Shown here: positions 14,451 through 24,397 of the stretch, one piece after another | How the letters are laid out: every line of letters begins with the position of its first letter | How positions within the stretch are numbered: position 1 is the stretch's first letter | NCBI GenBank assembly: GCA_001897305.1 | Contig: MKSO01000001.1 | Coordinates: 30,001-62,000 of the forward strand | Source: Candidatus Saccharimonadota bacterium | GTDB taxonomy: Bacteria; Patescibacteriota; Saccharimonadia; Saccharimonadales; Saccharimonadaceae | Reading direction: 5' to 3' | DNA length: 32,000 bases | Position numbers and translations under genes: made by a program | The notes under the pieces: model-generated | What the model was told of the DNA's origin: nothing | What the model saw: the letters and a program-made list of their open reading frames with translations, nothing else | The model's database searches: none

Positions 14451-15434
14451 ATGATTGAACTGCAGCGGTGTACTGATCGAGAGCAATGGGACGACTATAT
14501 TTTGGATAATGGAGGCCATCCACTCCAGTTGTGGGCGTGGGGACAGGTTAAGATGGGCCACGGTTGGAAAGCAGAACGTATTTTTGCGTATGATGACGAG
14601 AAAATTGTCGGAGCTGCGCAGGTACTGATTCGGCATCTTCCCCTGCCCTTTCGGGCATTTGCTTATATTCCTCGAGGGCCGCTTTTTGAGTCTGGGTCAA
14701 AAGATGAATTTCTTGATAAATTAGCTGTATTAGCAAAACGAGATCATCATGCGGTGGCTCTATCGATTGAGCCGGATGTGTTTGAGTTTGAACGCCCTGA
14801 CGGCTGGGTGCGTTCTACTAATAAAATACTATCGGCCGAGACAATTTTACTTGATCTTACAAAGAGCGAAAGTGATTTACTCTCTGTTATGGCAAAGAAA
14901 ACACGGCAATATATTCGCAAATCTGATGCGGAGGTTACTATTCATCGTGTAAAAACGCTCGCCGAGATAGATCGCTGTTTGGCTATTTATCAGCAAACAG
15001 CAAAGCGGGCTGGTTTTAACCTTCACGCGAAAGAATATTATTATGATATTTACCAACAAATGCAGGACTACTCCCCTATTTTTGCCGCTTATGAAGGTGA
15101 TGAAATGGTGGCGTTTTTGTGGCTGGCTATTAGCGAGACGACAGCTTACGAACTGTATGGCGGTGTAACAGAACGCGGGCAAGAGCTACGCGCCAACTAT
15201 GCTTTGAAGTGGCACACGATAAAAAGGACGAAGGAATGGGGTTTATCACGCTATGATTTTGGTGGCTTAGTCGTAGGCGGTGTTACTACCTTTAAACAGG
15301 GGTGGTCGGATGAGGTGACGGTATTTGCTGGTAGTTTTGACAAGCCGCTATCCCCTCTTTACACAGCCTGGGTGCACGGGCTGCCTTTTGCAAAGCGTAC
15401 TTTGCAGCGATTGCGACGAAAGAAAAATTCTTAG
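14451..15434 (+). CDS. FemAB/FemX-family peptidoglycan aminoacyltransferase
   Basis: 327 aa. N-terminal W..F......GHPLQ.W.WG..K pattern and C-terminal YDFGG are typical of FemABX/lipid II aminoacyltransferases. Confidence 0.75.
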   Translation: MIELQRCTDREQWDDYILDNGGHPLQLWAWGQVKMGHGWKAERIFAYDDEKIVGAAQVLIRHLPLPFRAFAYIPRGPLFESGSKDEFLDKLAVLAKRDHHAVALSIEPDVFEFERPDGWVRSTNKILSAETILLDLTKSESDLLSVMAKKTRQYIRKSDAEVTIHRVKTLAEIDRCLAIYQQTAKRAGFNLHAKEYYYDIYQQMQDYSPIFAAYEGDEMVAFLWLAISETTAYELYGGVTERGQELRANYALKWHTIKRTKEWGLSRYDFGGLVVGGVTTFKQGWSDEVTVFAGSFDKPLSPLYTAWVHGLPFAKRTLQRLRRKKNS

Positions 15435-15441
15435 AAAAATC

Positions 15442-16527
15442 TTAAGCTTTTGCCCAAGCGGTTTTTGTCATCGATAAACTTGGTTGTACCTCGAGTTCTA
15501 GTGGGGAGGTTGCTGGCATTTTCTGGGCATAGAAGCAGCCGAGTGTTGCGATCATGGCGCCGTTATCGGTACATAACTGCATCGGTGCATATTCGATGGC
15601 AATAGGGAGGCGATCTTGTAATTGACGACGCAATTCTTGGTTGGCTGCAACACCACCAGCGATAACAACTGAAGCAGGAGAGTAATCTTGGAACGCACGC
15701 TCGGCTTTATCAACTAACGTTTCGATGGCTGTTTTCTGGAAACTTGCTGCAAAATCTGCGCGCTGGACATCGTTTAGGCGGCCTGGGAGCTCGAATGAGG
15801 GAAAAGTAGTGTCGACACCCACTTCACGCTGAACGGCTCTTAAAACGGCTGTTTTAAGGCCTGAGAAGCTAAAATCGTAGCGCCCTTGTAGCTTTGCTTT
15901 AGGAAGTTGGTATTTAAGCGGGTCTCCAGCCTGTGCCGCCTCGGCTATAGATGGACCGCCAGGGTAGGGGAGGCCGATAATTTTTGCTACTTTGTCGAAG
16001 GCTTCACCAACGGCATCGTCTTGGGTCTGACCGAGGAGTTCGTAGTCGCCATGATTTTTAAAAAAAACTAACTGTGAGTGACCACCACTGACGATAAGTG
16101 CCAACATTGGAAAAGACGGTTGTTTACCGGGCAGGGTTAGATCGATACCGTTCGCTTGATTGGTTATAAAGTTGGCGTAGACGTGCGCCTCAACGTGGTG
16201 AATAGGGTAGAGTGGTTTGTTTTTCTGCAGAGCTATGGTGCGGGCGGCAAGAGTCCCTACTAAAAGAGAGCCAAGTAGGCCGGGGGCATAGGTAACCGCA
16301 ATACCGTCAATGTCGTCCCAGGTAAGGTGTGCGTCGGTCAGAGCTTGGTCGATTACAGGGTTGATAACCTCGATATGACTACGGGCTGCCACCTCTGGCA
16401 CGACACCGCCATAGACTTTATGAATATCAATTTGGGTTCGTACAACATTAGACAGCAAAAGGTGGCCGTCTTCAACGATCGCGGCTGCTGTTTCGTCACA
16501 ACTACTTTCAATTCCAAGTATTCTCAT
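15442..16527 (-). CDS. tsaD: tRNA N6-adenosine threonylcarbamoyltransferase TsaD
   Basis: MRILGIESSCDETAAAIV..., HHVEAH metal motif, VSGGHSQL, GGVAAN. Confidence 0.9.
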   Translation of the reverse strand: MRILGIESSCDETAAAIVEDGHLLLSNVVRTQIDIHKVYGGVVPEVAARSHIEVINPVIDQALTDAHLTWDDIDGIAVTYAPGLLGSLLVGTLAARTIALQKNKPLYPIHHVEAHVYANFITNQANGIDLTLPGKQPSFPMLALIVSGGHSQLVFFKNHGDYELLGQTQDDAVGEAFDKVAKIIGLPYPGGPSIAEAAQAGDPLKYQLPKAKLQGRYDFSFSGLKTAVLRAVQREVGVDTTFPSFELPGRLNDVQRADFAASFQKTAIETLVDKAERAFQDYSPASVVIAGGVAANQELRRQLQDRLPIAIEYAPMQLCTDNGAMIATLGCFYAQKMPATSPLELEVQPSLSMTKTAWAKA

Positions 16528-16534
16528 CTGTTAC

Positions 16535-16543
16535 ATTGTACCA
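16535..16543 (-). promoter_or_regulatory. Extended -10 TGgTACAAT, 7 nt before ATG 16527 (leaderless-type)
   Basis: Minus strand reads TGGTACAAT-gtaacag-ATG. Confidence 0.5.
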
Positions 16544-16637
16544 CGTTGTTGTGCTTTGGACATTTAAGCTTGATGTTTGCTGAGAAAATACTTAGAATTA
16601 TCAGTAGATACTAAGCTAGCTTTCAGGTGGAGGGAAT

Positions 16638-19052
16638 ATGCGTTTAGCCGTGTGGTATGTGGGTGTGCTTCTTGTGTTGTGGTTTGGCATGGCGCTTTGT
16701 TCTAAATCGGCTCACGCGAGTACTGGTGGCTGGGCGGATTCGGGGGTGTCTATTACTAAGCTTGGGAGGGGTATTGAGCTGAGTGATACTTCCGCACCTT
16801 GTAATGGCCTGGAGGCAACTATAGAAGTTGAGGGGTATGCGGATAGGTTTGTAGCTTGCATTTTCGGCACAGTTAACTCTGTTAGGGTGGCAAGGTATGT
16901 AGATCAAGGGATATTTCTCTATGCTATCGCTTTTCCTTCGGATGATATCTACAGCGAAATCGAGGGTCTATGCCCTGGAGTATTGGAGTGTAGCTACGCC
17001 TCTGATACTGATGTTTTTGCCGTGCATCGTTCGCTTCCAGGTGGTAAATGGGATGTTGTTCTATACCGTCATTTCTCGCGCTTGGTTGTTTCTCATCGAT
17101 CTGCAGTAGGGGTTACCTATGCATTTATGCCTCAACAGAAGGGTGATGAATTGACGACTGATAATTCCGTCGTTTCATCTGCGTTTTCTGGTAACGGGGA
17201 ATGGTTTATTGTCAAAACAAACCAACTATTATTGCGCGTTAATATTAATACTCTCGAGAGACATACTACAACTCTCTTAGATGATCAATTATCTTCCGAT
17301 CCTAATCCACAGTATGAATTAGCTATTTCGAACGACGGTCGATTTGTAGGTATTGGAGGGTTCGGTCTTGGGTTGGATATTATTGAAATTGAAAGAGAAT
17401 GCAACGTGCCTGGTGTATCTGGTGTGCCTTTATGCAACATCGTGCACATTACTCCCTACGAAGCATTTCCAGGTTTTACTGCCGCAAGAAGATTGCATTT
17501 TAGTTCGGACGGAATGAGTATCTTTGCAATGGTTCTCGATACAAATGGAATGACTCGCATTGTCATAAGGCCGAAAGGTGCTGTTGTTGCCCCAATAGTG
17601 GACTATGTGGCAATTGGTGATTCGTTCACAAGCGGAGAAGGGGAGACTTCTGATAGCTATTACGAACCTGCTACTAACAGTGCCAGTAATCGTTGCCACG
17701 TGAGCACTAGGTCCTATCCGTATCTTGTTGGGCGGTCGTGGCAGGTGTCAACACGCAATATCGCTTGCTCCGGGGCTAAAATATCAGATGTTGTATCTAC
17801 AACAATAAACAATACTCAATTTGTACAAATGGAAACCTTACGACCCAAGATTGTATCGGTGGGCCTAGGCGGTAATGACGCTGGACTAATGGATAAGCTT
17901 AAAAGCTGTGTTTGGGTTACCACTTGTGAGTGGGCGAAAAATTTGAAGTTGCGAGCGAGTGTTTGGCGGGAAATATACTCTGTAGGTAAAAAACTGCAAG
18001 AACTGGTCGATAGAATACGAGTGGAATTACCAGATACTCGAATTATTCTAATGTCGTACCCGAGGCTTATTGCGGGATATGAAATTGCCCACTGTGACGC
18101 CGTAACAGGGCTATTGCTTGACGGTGTTGAGCGAAGATTTATGGATGAGGCGGTGCAACACCTTAATATGGTTATTCGCTCGGTGAGTAATGTAGCCTTT
18201 GGTGACATAGAAGGTGCATTTATGGGCGAAGAGCTGTGTAATGGCAAATCGCTAGCTATGAACGGTGTGCGCCTGGGCGGTGATATAGCGCCTATTAGCC
18301 AACTTCCGATTATTAGGGTGGTTGCCTCTGAGTCGTTTCATCCAACACCCTATGGACATGCGCATATTGCACGGCGACTTCTTAGCCTGTTCTCAACTCC
18401 AGACTCTGTGGCACGGTGCCTGTACTGCGGTTCACTAGACGGCGCCCCGTCGCAATATTGGCAGACAGGAGATGACACCTCTGATCAACCACAATTTGTA
18501 GCTGATACGTTTGCCGAAGAGCCTCTGTATGAAACTGGAGATAAGGTAACTATTAAAACGAAACCTTATTTTTCTCCATCAGCGTTGTTGAAGATTGAGC
18601 TTCATTCCGATACTAGGGTGCTGCTAGATACTGTGGCGAACGAAGACGGAAAGCTCTACGCAGACGTACCTCTACCCCAAGATATAGAAGTCGGATATCA
18701 TACACTACACATTATCGGCGAGGCACGTAGTGGAAGGGTGCTGGATATTTACCAGACTATATGGATTGGGAAACAGGGTGTGCCCTTGAGGTCGCAGGAT
18801 ATTTCTGCGGGTGTGGTGGGTAAAGGAGGTGAAAGTGATTTACGTGTTCAAGACGTCCCTCGTAAAAACGTACTTACCGCTAAGCACTCAACTAACCTGA
18901 CCTATTCTGTCATTGATGATCGAGGAGAGGTAAGACCTAGCAAGAAATGGGATAGCTTTTGGTTTGTTGTGATCATCTTTATTGCTATTGGGTGCGTGGG
19001 GCTTGTAGTACTTGGGATAGTATTCTATCGGAAACGGCACGGAAGGGTATAA
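16638..19052 (+). CDS. Exported, C-terminally membrane-anchored SGNH/GDSL hydrolase with N-terminal PD40/beta-propeller-like region
   Basis: Signal peptide MRLAVWYVGVLLVLWFGMALCSKSAHA. PD40-like SNDGRFVG, FSSDGMSIF and FSGNGEWF. SGNH blocks VAIGDSFTSGEG, GLGGNDAG and ESFHPTPYGH. C-terminal TM FWFVVIIFIAIGCVGLVVLGIVF followed by YRKRHGR. SD GGTGGAGGG. Confidence 0.8.
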   Translation: MRLAVWYVGVLLVLWFGMALCSKSAHASTGGWADSGVSITKLGRGIELSDTSAPCNGLEATIEVEGYADRFVACIFGTVNSVRVARYVDQGIFLYAIAFPSDDIYSEIEGLCPGVLECSYASDTDVFAVHRSLPGGKWDVVLYRHFSRLVVSHRSAVGVTYAFMPQQKGDELTTDNSVVSSAFSGNGEWFIVKTNQLLLRVNINTLERHTTTLLDDQLSSDPNPQYELAISNDGRFVGIGGFGLGLDIIEIERECNVPGVSGVPLCNIVHITPYEAFPGFTAARRLHFSSDGMSIFAMVLDTNGMTRIVIRPKGAVVAPIVDYVAIGDSFTSGEGETSDSYYEPATNSASNRCHVSTRSYPYLVGRSWQVSTRNIACSGAKISDVVSTTINNTQFVQMETLRPKIVSVGLGGNDAGLMDKLKSCVWVTTCEWAKNLKLRASVWREIYSVGKKLQELVDRIRVELPDTRIILMSYPRLIAGYEIAHCDAVTGLLLDGVERRFMDEAVQHLNMVIRSVSNVAFGDIEGAFMGEELCNGKSLAMNGVRLGGDIAPISQLPIIRVVASESFHPTPYGHAHIARRLLSLFSTPDSVARCLYCGSLDGAPSQYWQTGDDTSDQPQFVADTFAEEPLYETGDKVTIKTKPYFSPSALLKIELHSDTRVLLDTVANEDGKLYADVPLPQDIEVGYHTLHIIGEARSGRVLDIYQTIWIGKQGVPLRSQDISAGVVGKGGESDLRVQDVPRKNVLTAKHSTNLTYSVIDDRGEVRPSKKWDSFWFVVIIFIAIGCVGLVVLGIVFYRKRHGRV

Positions 19053-20383
19053 TGGCCTATATGAATATTCGTACAATTGTTAAAAAAGGTATCCCAACAG
19101 GGCTATTTAAAAAAATTGAGCCAACCGGCCACTTAATCGAGGCTGTTATTGAAAATGTAAGATATGGATTCCCTGGCCGTAAGGTTCGGGTTATTGGCGT
19201 GACGGGGACTAACGGCAAAACAACAACCTCATCTATGATTTATCGTATGTTGAGTGAAGCTGGGATTAAAGCCGGGCTGATGAGCACAGTGGCGTACGGC
19301 TCGTTGGGTGAGATAGTGCCTCAAAAAGTCCACATGACAACCACCCAGGCGGGCAAACTGCAGCGACAACTTAAACAATATGCGGCCCAGGGCGTTGAGT
19401 GGGTGGTGCTTGAAACATCTAGTCATGCGCTAGCCCAACATCGCGTATGGGGTGTTCCCTACGAGATCGCCGTATTTACCAATCTTACCCATGACCATTT
19501 AGAGTACCACGGTACATTCGAGAACTACCGCGAAGCCAAACGTCAGCTCTTTAAAATTGCCAATAAACACGGACTTAGGTTTGGCGTCGTGAATGCCGAT
19601 GACCCAAGTGCTAAAGCATTTAAAGATAGTGTAAAAAATGCAACAACCTACGGTATACATAAAGGGGATATTAGGGCAGAAAATATCAAGCTAACTAATC
19701 GTGGGTCAACTTATACGGCTAAGGTAGGTGACGAAACCTATGCTATGCGTGTAGCAATTCCTGGTGAATTTAATATCAGTAATAGCTTAGCGGCGTTAGC
19801 GGTTGGTCGTAAGCTGGGTCTGACCCCCGAGCAAATTGAGAATGGAATTGCCTCACTGGAGTATGTAGAGGGTCGTATGAATACGATAGACGAAGGGCAA
19901 TCATTTCAAGTTATCATTGACTTTGCAAGTACTCCAGACGGATACGAGAAGTTTTTCTCTTCAGTTCGGCCTCTTGTAAAAGGCAAGCTGATCGCGGTCT
20001 TTGGTTCGGCTGGGCGTCGCGACGAAAGCAAGCGTGCTGCACAAGGCGAAATTGCCGGTAAATATGCCGATGTAATTATAGCAACAGAAGAAGATGATCG
20101 TGATGATGACGGGAGCAAGATATTACATCAAATTGCCGAGGGTGCCGAGAAAGCTGGCAAGGTACGCGAAAAGTCGCTGTTCCTTATTCCAGACCGAGAA
20201 GAGGCTATTGGTTTCGCTCTCGCGCAGGCTGCTACTAAAGACGATACGGTTGTTTTACTAGGGAAAGGTCACGAAAAAACCATCGAACGCGCCGATGGTG
20301 AGTATCCTTGGAATGAAGCAGAGGTTACACGAGCCGCTATTCAAGAATTGCTAAAAAGAAAAACCAAGCGAAACAAGGCTTAG
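19052..20383 (+). CDS. murE: Mur ligase, MurE-type (UDP-MurNAc-L-Ala-D-Glu : diamino acid ligase)
   Basis: P-loop GVTGTNGKTTT and Mur ligase middle and C-terminal domains. The start ATG shares 1 nt with the upstream stop (TAATG). The track's N-terminal extension is rejected. Confidence 0.8.
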   Translation: MAYMNIRTIVKKGIPTGLFKKIEPTGHLIEAVIENVRYGFPGRKVRVIGVTGTNGKTTTSSMIYRMLSEAGIKAGLMSTVAYGSLGEIVPQKVHMTTTQAGKLQRQLKQYAAQGVEWVVLETSSHALAQHRVWGVPYEIAVFTNLTHDHLEYHGTFENYREAKRQLFKIANKHGLRFGVVNADDPSAKAFKDSVKNATTYGIHKGDIRAENIKLTNRGSTYTAKVGDETYAMRVAIPGEFNISNSLAALAVGRKLGLTPEQIENGIASLEYVEGRMNTIDEGQSFQVIIDFASTPDGYEKFFSSVRPLVKGKLIAVFGSAGRRDESKRAAQGEIAGKYADVIIATEEDDRDDDGSKILHQIAEGAEKAGKVREKSLFLIPDREEAIGFALAQAATKDDTVVLLGKGHEKTIERADGEYPWNEAEVTRAAIQELLKRKTKRNKA

Positions 20384-21414
20384 TAGTAATAGTCGCCGGT
20401 AGCTTTAAAATAGTAATGACGATAGACACGTTCGCCTATTTTTAACCAGGCTTTGTAGCTTAAAGGTGAAATCACAAAGTCGTAGCACCCAATATAATCT
20501 GTAACTTGTTTACTGAAGGACAATTTGAATAAGCCAACACCGTAATGGGGGTGATCGGGGTTGCTGATTTCATCACTGGGTGGTGATCCGCAGAAATCAT
20601 GAACAAGGGCACCTTTTGATTTTGCCCATTCGATAACATTCCATTGTAAGAGGTGGCTCGCGCCGTACGCTGTTCGTTTGCGTACAGAGGCACCATCCTT
20701 GTAGGTACTTTTTGTGCCAAATACCATAGCGTAGGCCCCAGCTACTATCTGCCCTTCAAATTTAGCAAAGAAGAGCTGTCCGAGGCCTGCTTTTTCAAAT
20801 GTTTGCCAAAAATACTTGTAGTAATTATAACTACGTATGCCAAACTGACCCTCGGCTGTTTCTGATAGCAAGGTGTACATGAGCTGGCAATTCGCTTCTG
20901 TTGCTTTGACGCGTTCAATCGTTACTCCGTCTCGCTCGGCACGTCGGATGGCGTGACGTCCTTTTTGAGGCAGCCCTGTAAGGATATCATCTAAACTATC
21001 TGATATATCTAGGGTGATAGTTGAAGGGTTTGGAATAATGGGAGCGGCTTTTTTAAGACCGTAGCGTTCGAGGGTTGGTTGCACGGCACGCTCTAATTCG
21101 CTTTCGCTACGAATGACAAAAATACCACGTCGCTTCGCAAGTACTTTAAGTGCCTCGAGTACGTCAAATAATTGTTTGGAAGAAGTGACTCCGGGGCCTT
21201 TTGGTAGATACCAAAAACCTCCTAGTGGCGGAGTTTTCTTTTCTAGTACGGTAACGTATACCGTATCTGCTACAACGTAGAGAGGCGTGTAGCCTGTGAG
21301 CCGCTTTATTTCGGAGTATTCAAGACTGGAAAAAACATTGCCGCGATCTGGGTTACTTAAAATAAGATCATCCCAGTGAGTTATTTCCTCGGGTGTAGCA
21401 AAACGAGCCTTCAT
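20380..21414 (-). CDS. FemAB-family peptidoglycan aminoacyltransferase (second copy)
   Basis: 344 aa. Same family signature as 14451..15434 (W....L..NP.......S.EY..IK, HDFCG). Confidence 0.75.
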   Translation of the reverse strand: MKARFATPEEITHWDDLILSNPDRGNVFSSLEYSEIKRLTGYTPLYVVADTVYVTVLEKKTPPLGGFWYLPKGPGVTSSKQLFDVLEALKVLAKRRGIFVIRSESELERAVQPTLERYGLKKAAPIIPNPSTITLDISDSLDDILTGLPQKGRHAIRRAERDGVTIERVKATEANCQLMYTLLSETAEGQFGIRSYNYYKYFWQTFEKAGLGQLFFAKFEGQIVAGAYAMVFGTKSTYKDGASVRKRTAYGASHLLQWNVIEWAKSKGALVHDFCGSPPSDEISNPDHPHYGVGLFKLSFSKQVTDYIGCYDFVISPLSYKAWLKIGERVYRHYYFKATGDYYY

Positions 21415-21467
21415 TGCACCTTATTGTACAGTACCTTGTGTCTAAGCGAAGAACTTCAAGGGTCTAA

Positions 21468-22013
21468 TTACTGCTGGTCTTTGCGTGAAAGGTAGTCAAT
21501 TTCCTTGATGATGTCGAGGAGTGCCTCGGCTTTGCGCTTTTCGTCTGTAATTGCCTGTGCTGCGGCGTGTGCTGGGCCAATAAGGCTACTGTCGTCTGTG
21601 CTGCGAATGAGCATAAGGTAGGTGTCGAACTTTTCTTCAGCTGGTAGATCAACACGATCAATGAGAGGGCGAAGCTCGTTGAGTGCGTCGCTCTTGATGG
21701 CGTCGAGAGGGTTTGATTCCTCGGTAGGTTGAGGAAGCGTGCTAAAGTCAGGGACGGCTTCGGGTGTAGGTGTTACTGTTGGCGCCTCTAGTGGAGTATC
21801 TAAAGAAGCTGGAGTAGCGGGTACTTGCTGAGTCGTATCAACGGCAGGTACAGCTTGTGGTGCTGGAGCTGGCGTTTCTTCAAAGTTAAGCCCTGTTGCA
21901 CTTTGTGCTGGTTGTTCTGGTTCATCTGGTAAAACACCAGCTAATGCTTTAGCGAGTTCTTGGTCGTCGCTAATTGGTTGTGTTGCAGTATTGTCTTGCG
22001 GAGTAATATCCAT
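21468..22013 (-). CDS. Acidic Pro/Thr-rich protein with helical C-terminal domain, unknown function
   Basis: Start set at ATG 22013 (MDITPQDN...), preceded by GAGGTGG. 181 aa. Confidence 0.65.
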   Translation of the reverse strand: MDITPQDNTATQPISDDQELAKALAGVLPDEPEQPAQSATGLNFEETPAPAPQAVPAVDTTQQVPATPASLDTPLEAPTVTPTPEAVPDFSTLPQPTEESNPLDAIKSDALNELRPLIDRVDLPAEEKFDTYLMLIRSTDDSSLIGPAHAAAQAITDEKRKAEALLDIIKEIDYLSRKDQQ

Positions 22014-22087
22014 GGCCCACCTCAAGTTAAAACATTTATGCTTATTTAAAAATACTGTATCATAGATATAGATTGGTGGGAATGGGT

Positions 22088-23155
22088 ATGACAGATATCT
22101 TAGATAATTTACAAGTAATTGCTCAGCGTGACCCCGAGGGGGCATTGGGTATTATTGAAACTCAGTTTGAGCAAGTTGCTTTCGCGGCTCGCGTAGAAGC
22201 AGCCGAGCATGACAATAGAACTATTCAGGCTGTAGTTGTTACTGGCATGGGCGGTTCAGCGCTCGCGGCGTTAATGGTGAAGGTTTTGCTTGCTCAAGAA
22301 TTAACAGTCTCTTTCGAGGTTGTACGCGGGTATCATCTTCCCGCATATGTTAATGAAAACACCTTAGTTGTGGCAAGTAGTTATTCGGGAAACACAGAAG
22401 AAACCCTGTCGGCTCTAGAAGAAGCTAGGAGTAAGGGTGCGCAAATCGGCATCCTTGCCTCGGGTGGGCAGCTTTTAAACATCGCGGAGGAGTCTGATAT
22501 TGCACACATCGTGCTCCCTTCTGGTGCTCAACCTCGTATGGCCATGATCTATAACCTTAAGGCCTTGTTTAAGTTGCTCGTTACATTTGGTGTTACTGGT
22601 GACGAATGGATTGAACGGCTTGATGCGTTGTCGGGTTGGCTTAAAGAACAAACCGCGAAGTGGTTACCGGGCGTTCCTACTGAAAGTAATTACGCCAAAC
22701 AAATTGCTCTCCAGGCGATAGGGAAGACACCTGTCTTTTACGGGAGCCCTTTAACTGCGCCACTTGCCTACAAGTGGAAGATTAGCTGGAATGAAACTGC
22801 TAAGAATACGGCATTTTGGAACGAGTACCCCGAATTTAACCACAATGAGTTTATGGGCTGGGCTTCGCATCCTATCGAAAAGCCGTTTGCTGTATTTGAT
22901 TTAGTAAGCACTTTGGATGCACCACGCATTGCGCAACGGTTTGAACTAAGCGACAGGCTTTTAAGTGGCCAGCGACCACGTGCTACACCTATTACGATTC
23001 CAGGCGAGACGTTACTGGCGCAGTTAGTAGTGGGGTCTATTTTGGCCGACTTTGCGAGTGTGTATGCCGCAATTTTGAACCAAGTTGACCCAACCCCTGT
23101 AGTACTTATTGAGAATCTGAAGAAATCACTGGCCGACGAAAGCCGACCTTTCTAA
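22088..23155 (+). CDS. SIS-domain sugar isomerase, bifunctional phosphoglucose/phosphomannose isomerase type
   Basis: GMGGSALAA and SYSGNTEET SIS motifs, ~355 aa. The start is ambiguous (22073-22088). ATG 22088 follows GGTGGGA. Confidence 0.7.
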   Translation: MTDILDNLQVIAQRDPEGALGIIETQFEQVAFAARVEAAEHDNRTIQAVVVTGMGGSALAALMVKVLLAQELTVSFEVVRGYHLPAYVNENTLVVASSYSGNTEETLSALEEARSKGAQIGILASGGQLLNIAEESDIAHIVLPSGAQPRMAMIYNLKALFKLLVTFGVTGDEWIERLDALSGWLKEQTAKWLPGVPTESNYAKQIALQAIGKTPVFYGSPLTAPLAYKWKISWNETAKNTAFWNEYPEFNHNEFMGWASHPIEKPFAVFDLVSTLDAPRIAQRFELSDRLLSGQRPRATPITIPGETLLAQLVVGSILADFASVYAAILNQVDPTPVVLIENLKKSLADESRPF

Positions 23156-23161
23156 CTAGGT

Positions 23162-24397
23162 CTAATCGTACTGCCTCAAAGACGAAATCGGATCTTTACG
23201 GGCTGCCCGAGCAGCTGGGTATAGGCCAAAGAGTGTCCCAACTACCACGGACACAACAAAAGCTACGAGTGCGATTTGCCATGTGATGGCTGGGTCAAAG
23301 GTGAGGAAAAGGTTGCTTATAATAAACGCAGCAAGGTACCCAAGTAGATACCCTCCAATGCCACCCCCGATGCTAAATGCAAGGGATTCAATTAAGAATT
23401 GGGCAATGATGTCCCTATTTGAGGCACCAAGGGCCTTGCGTATACCTATCTCCCGGGTGCGCTCTGCAACACTCACGAGAAGTATGTTCATTATGCCAAT
23501 ACCACCCACCACAAGTGAGATGGCGGCTATAATAACCGACATTGTAGCGAGTGCAGAGAAAATTTGACTGGCGGGCTGGGCGATCTCTTCCCCTGACATC
23601 ACAGTGAAGTCGGCTTGATTTGCATGCGCCTTTAAGAGAACTTTATTTGCTTCTGCGACGGTTGTCTGTAGGTTTGCTACCGAATTTATTTGCAAGTTAA
23701 TTTGCTGTATATGAGAGACGCCTTGGTTGAGCGCTCGGCCGCTGTCGAGGTTGATAAGCAAAGCCTCATCGAGGTCGACATTATTATAGTTAATAGGGCT
23801 GTTTGTCCGCTTTAAAACACCAATGACGGTAAATGACGAACCTTTAAATTGTACCGATTGGCCGATCGAGTCTTCGGTGCCAAATAAATCGACAGATAAC
23901 TGAGGCCCGATAACTGCCGTTGCGCTACTGAGGTTAGGGTCAAGGAATTGCCCCTCAGTCAATACAAGGCCGCTGACCGATTTAAGCTGAGGAGTTGTCG
24001 CAACGACAGGGGTGTCGGCCGGACCAGCTGAAGTGCCTTTAATTTGTCCGTGTAATACCATCAAGGGGGCGACAGCGCTAATATGTTCGATGTGTTCAAG
24101 CGCGGCGATATCAGCATCTGTGAGCGAACTGGTGGCGAACTGCTGACCCGCAGTTAGTTGCTCGAGAGTATTACGAGAGCTCGCAGCTGGGGCTTCTGGA
24201 CGCACGACGGCAATGGTGCCACCTAGTGCATCGACCTGCGAACGAACGATAGAAGTGAGCCCACTACTGAGCGAAAGGATAGCGGTAATACTTGCAACGC
24301 CGATGGTGATCCCAAGCATGGTTAGTATGCTGCGCATGCGGTTGGCTTTCAGTGATTGCTTGGCGTTTTGAATATGGTTGAGTAGTAGGAATCGCAT
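23162..24397 (-). CDS. ABC transporter permease, MacB/FtsX family
   Basis: N-terminal TM, large extracytoplasmic domain, and three C-terminal TMs with the conserved VAERTREIGIRKALGA motif. Confidence 0.85.
   Translation of the reverse strand: MRFLLLNHIQNAKQSLKANRMRSILTMLGITIGVASITAILSLSSGLTSIVRSQVDALGGTIAVVRPEAPAASSRNTLEQLTAGQQFATSSLTDADIAALEHIEHISAVAPLMVLHGQIKGTSAGPADTPVVATTPQLKSVSGLVLTEGQFLDPNLSSATAVIGPQLSVDLFGTEDSIGQSVQFKGSSFTVIGVLKRTNSPINYNNVDLDEALLINLDSGRALNQGVSHIQQINLQINSVANLQTTVAEANKVLLKAHANQADFTVMSGEEIAQPASQIFSALATMSVIIAAISLVVGGIGIMNILLVSVAERTREIGIRKALGASNRDIIAQFLIESLAFSIGGGIGGYLLGYLAAFIISNLFLTFDPAITWQIALVAFVVSVVVGTLFGLYPAARAARKDPISSLRQYD

Noticed and set aside
18959-19051. N-terminal 31-codon extension of the murE ORF in the track.
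   Set aside because: It overlaps the 3' end of the SGNH gene in another frame. The ATG at 19052 forms a TAATG stop-start junction and gives a normal MurE N-terminus.
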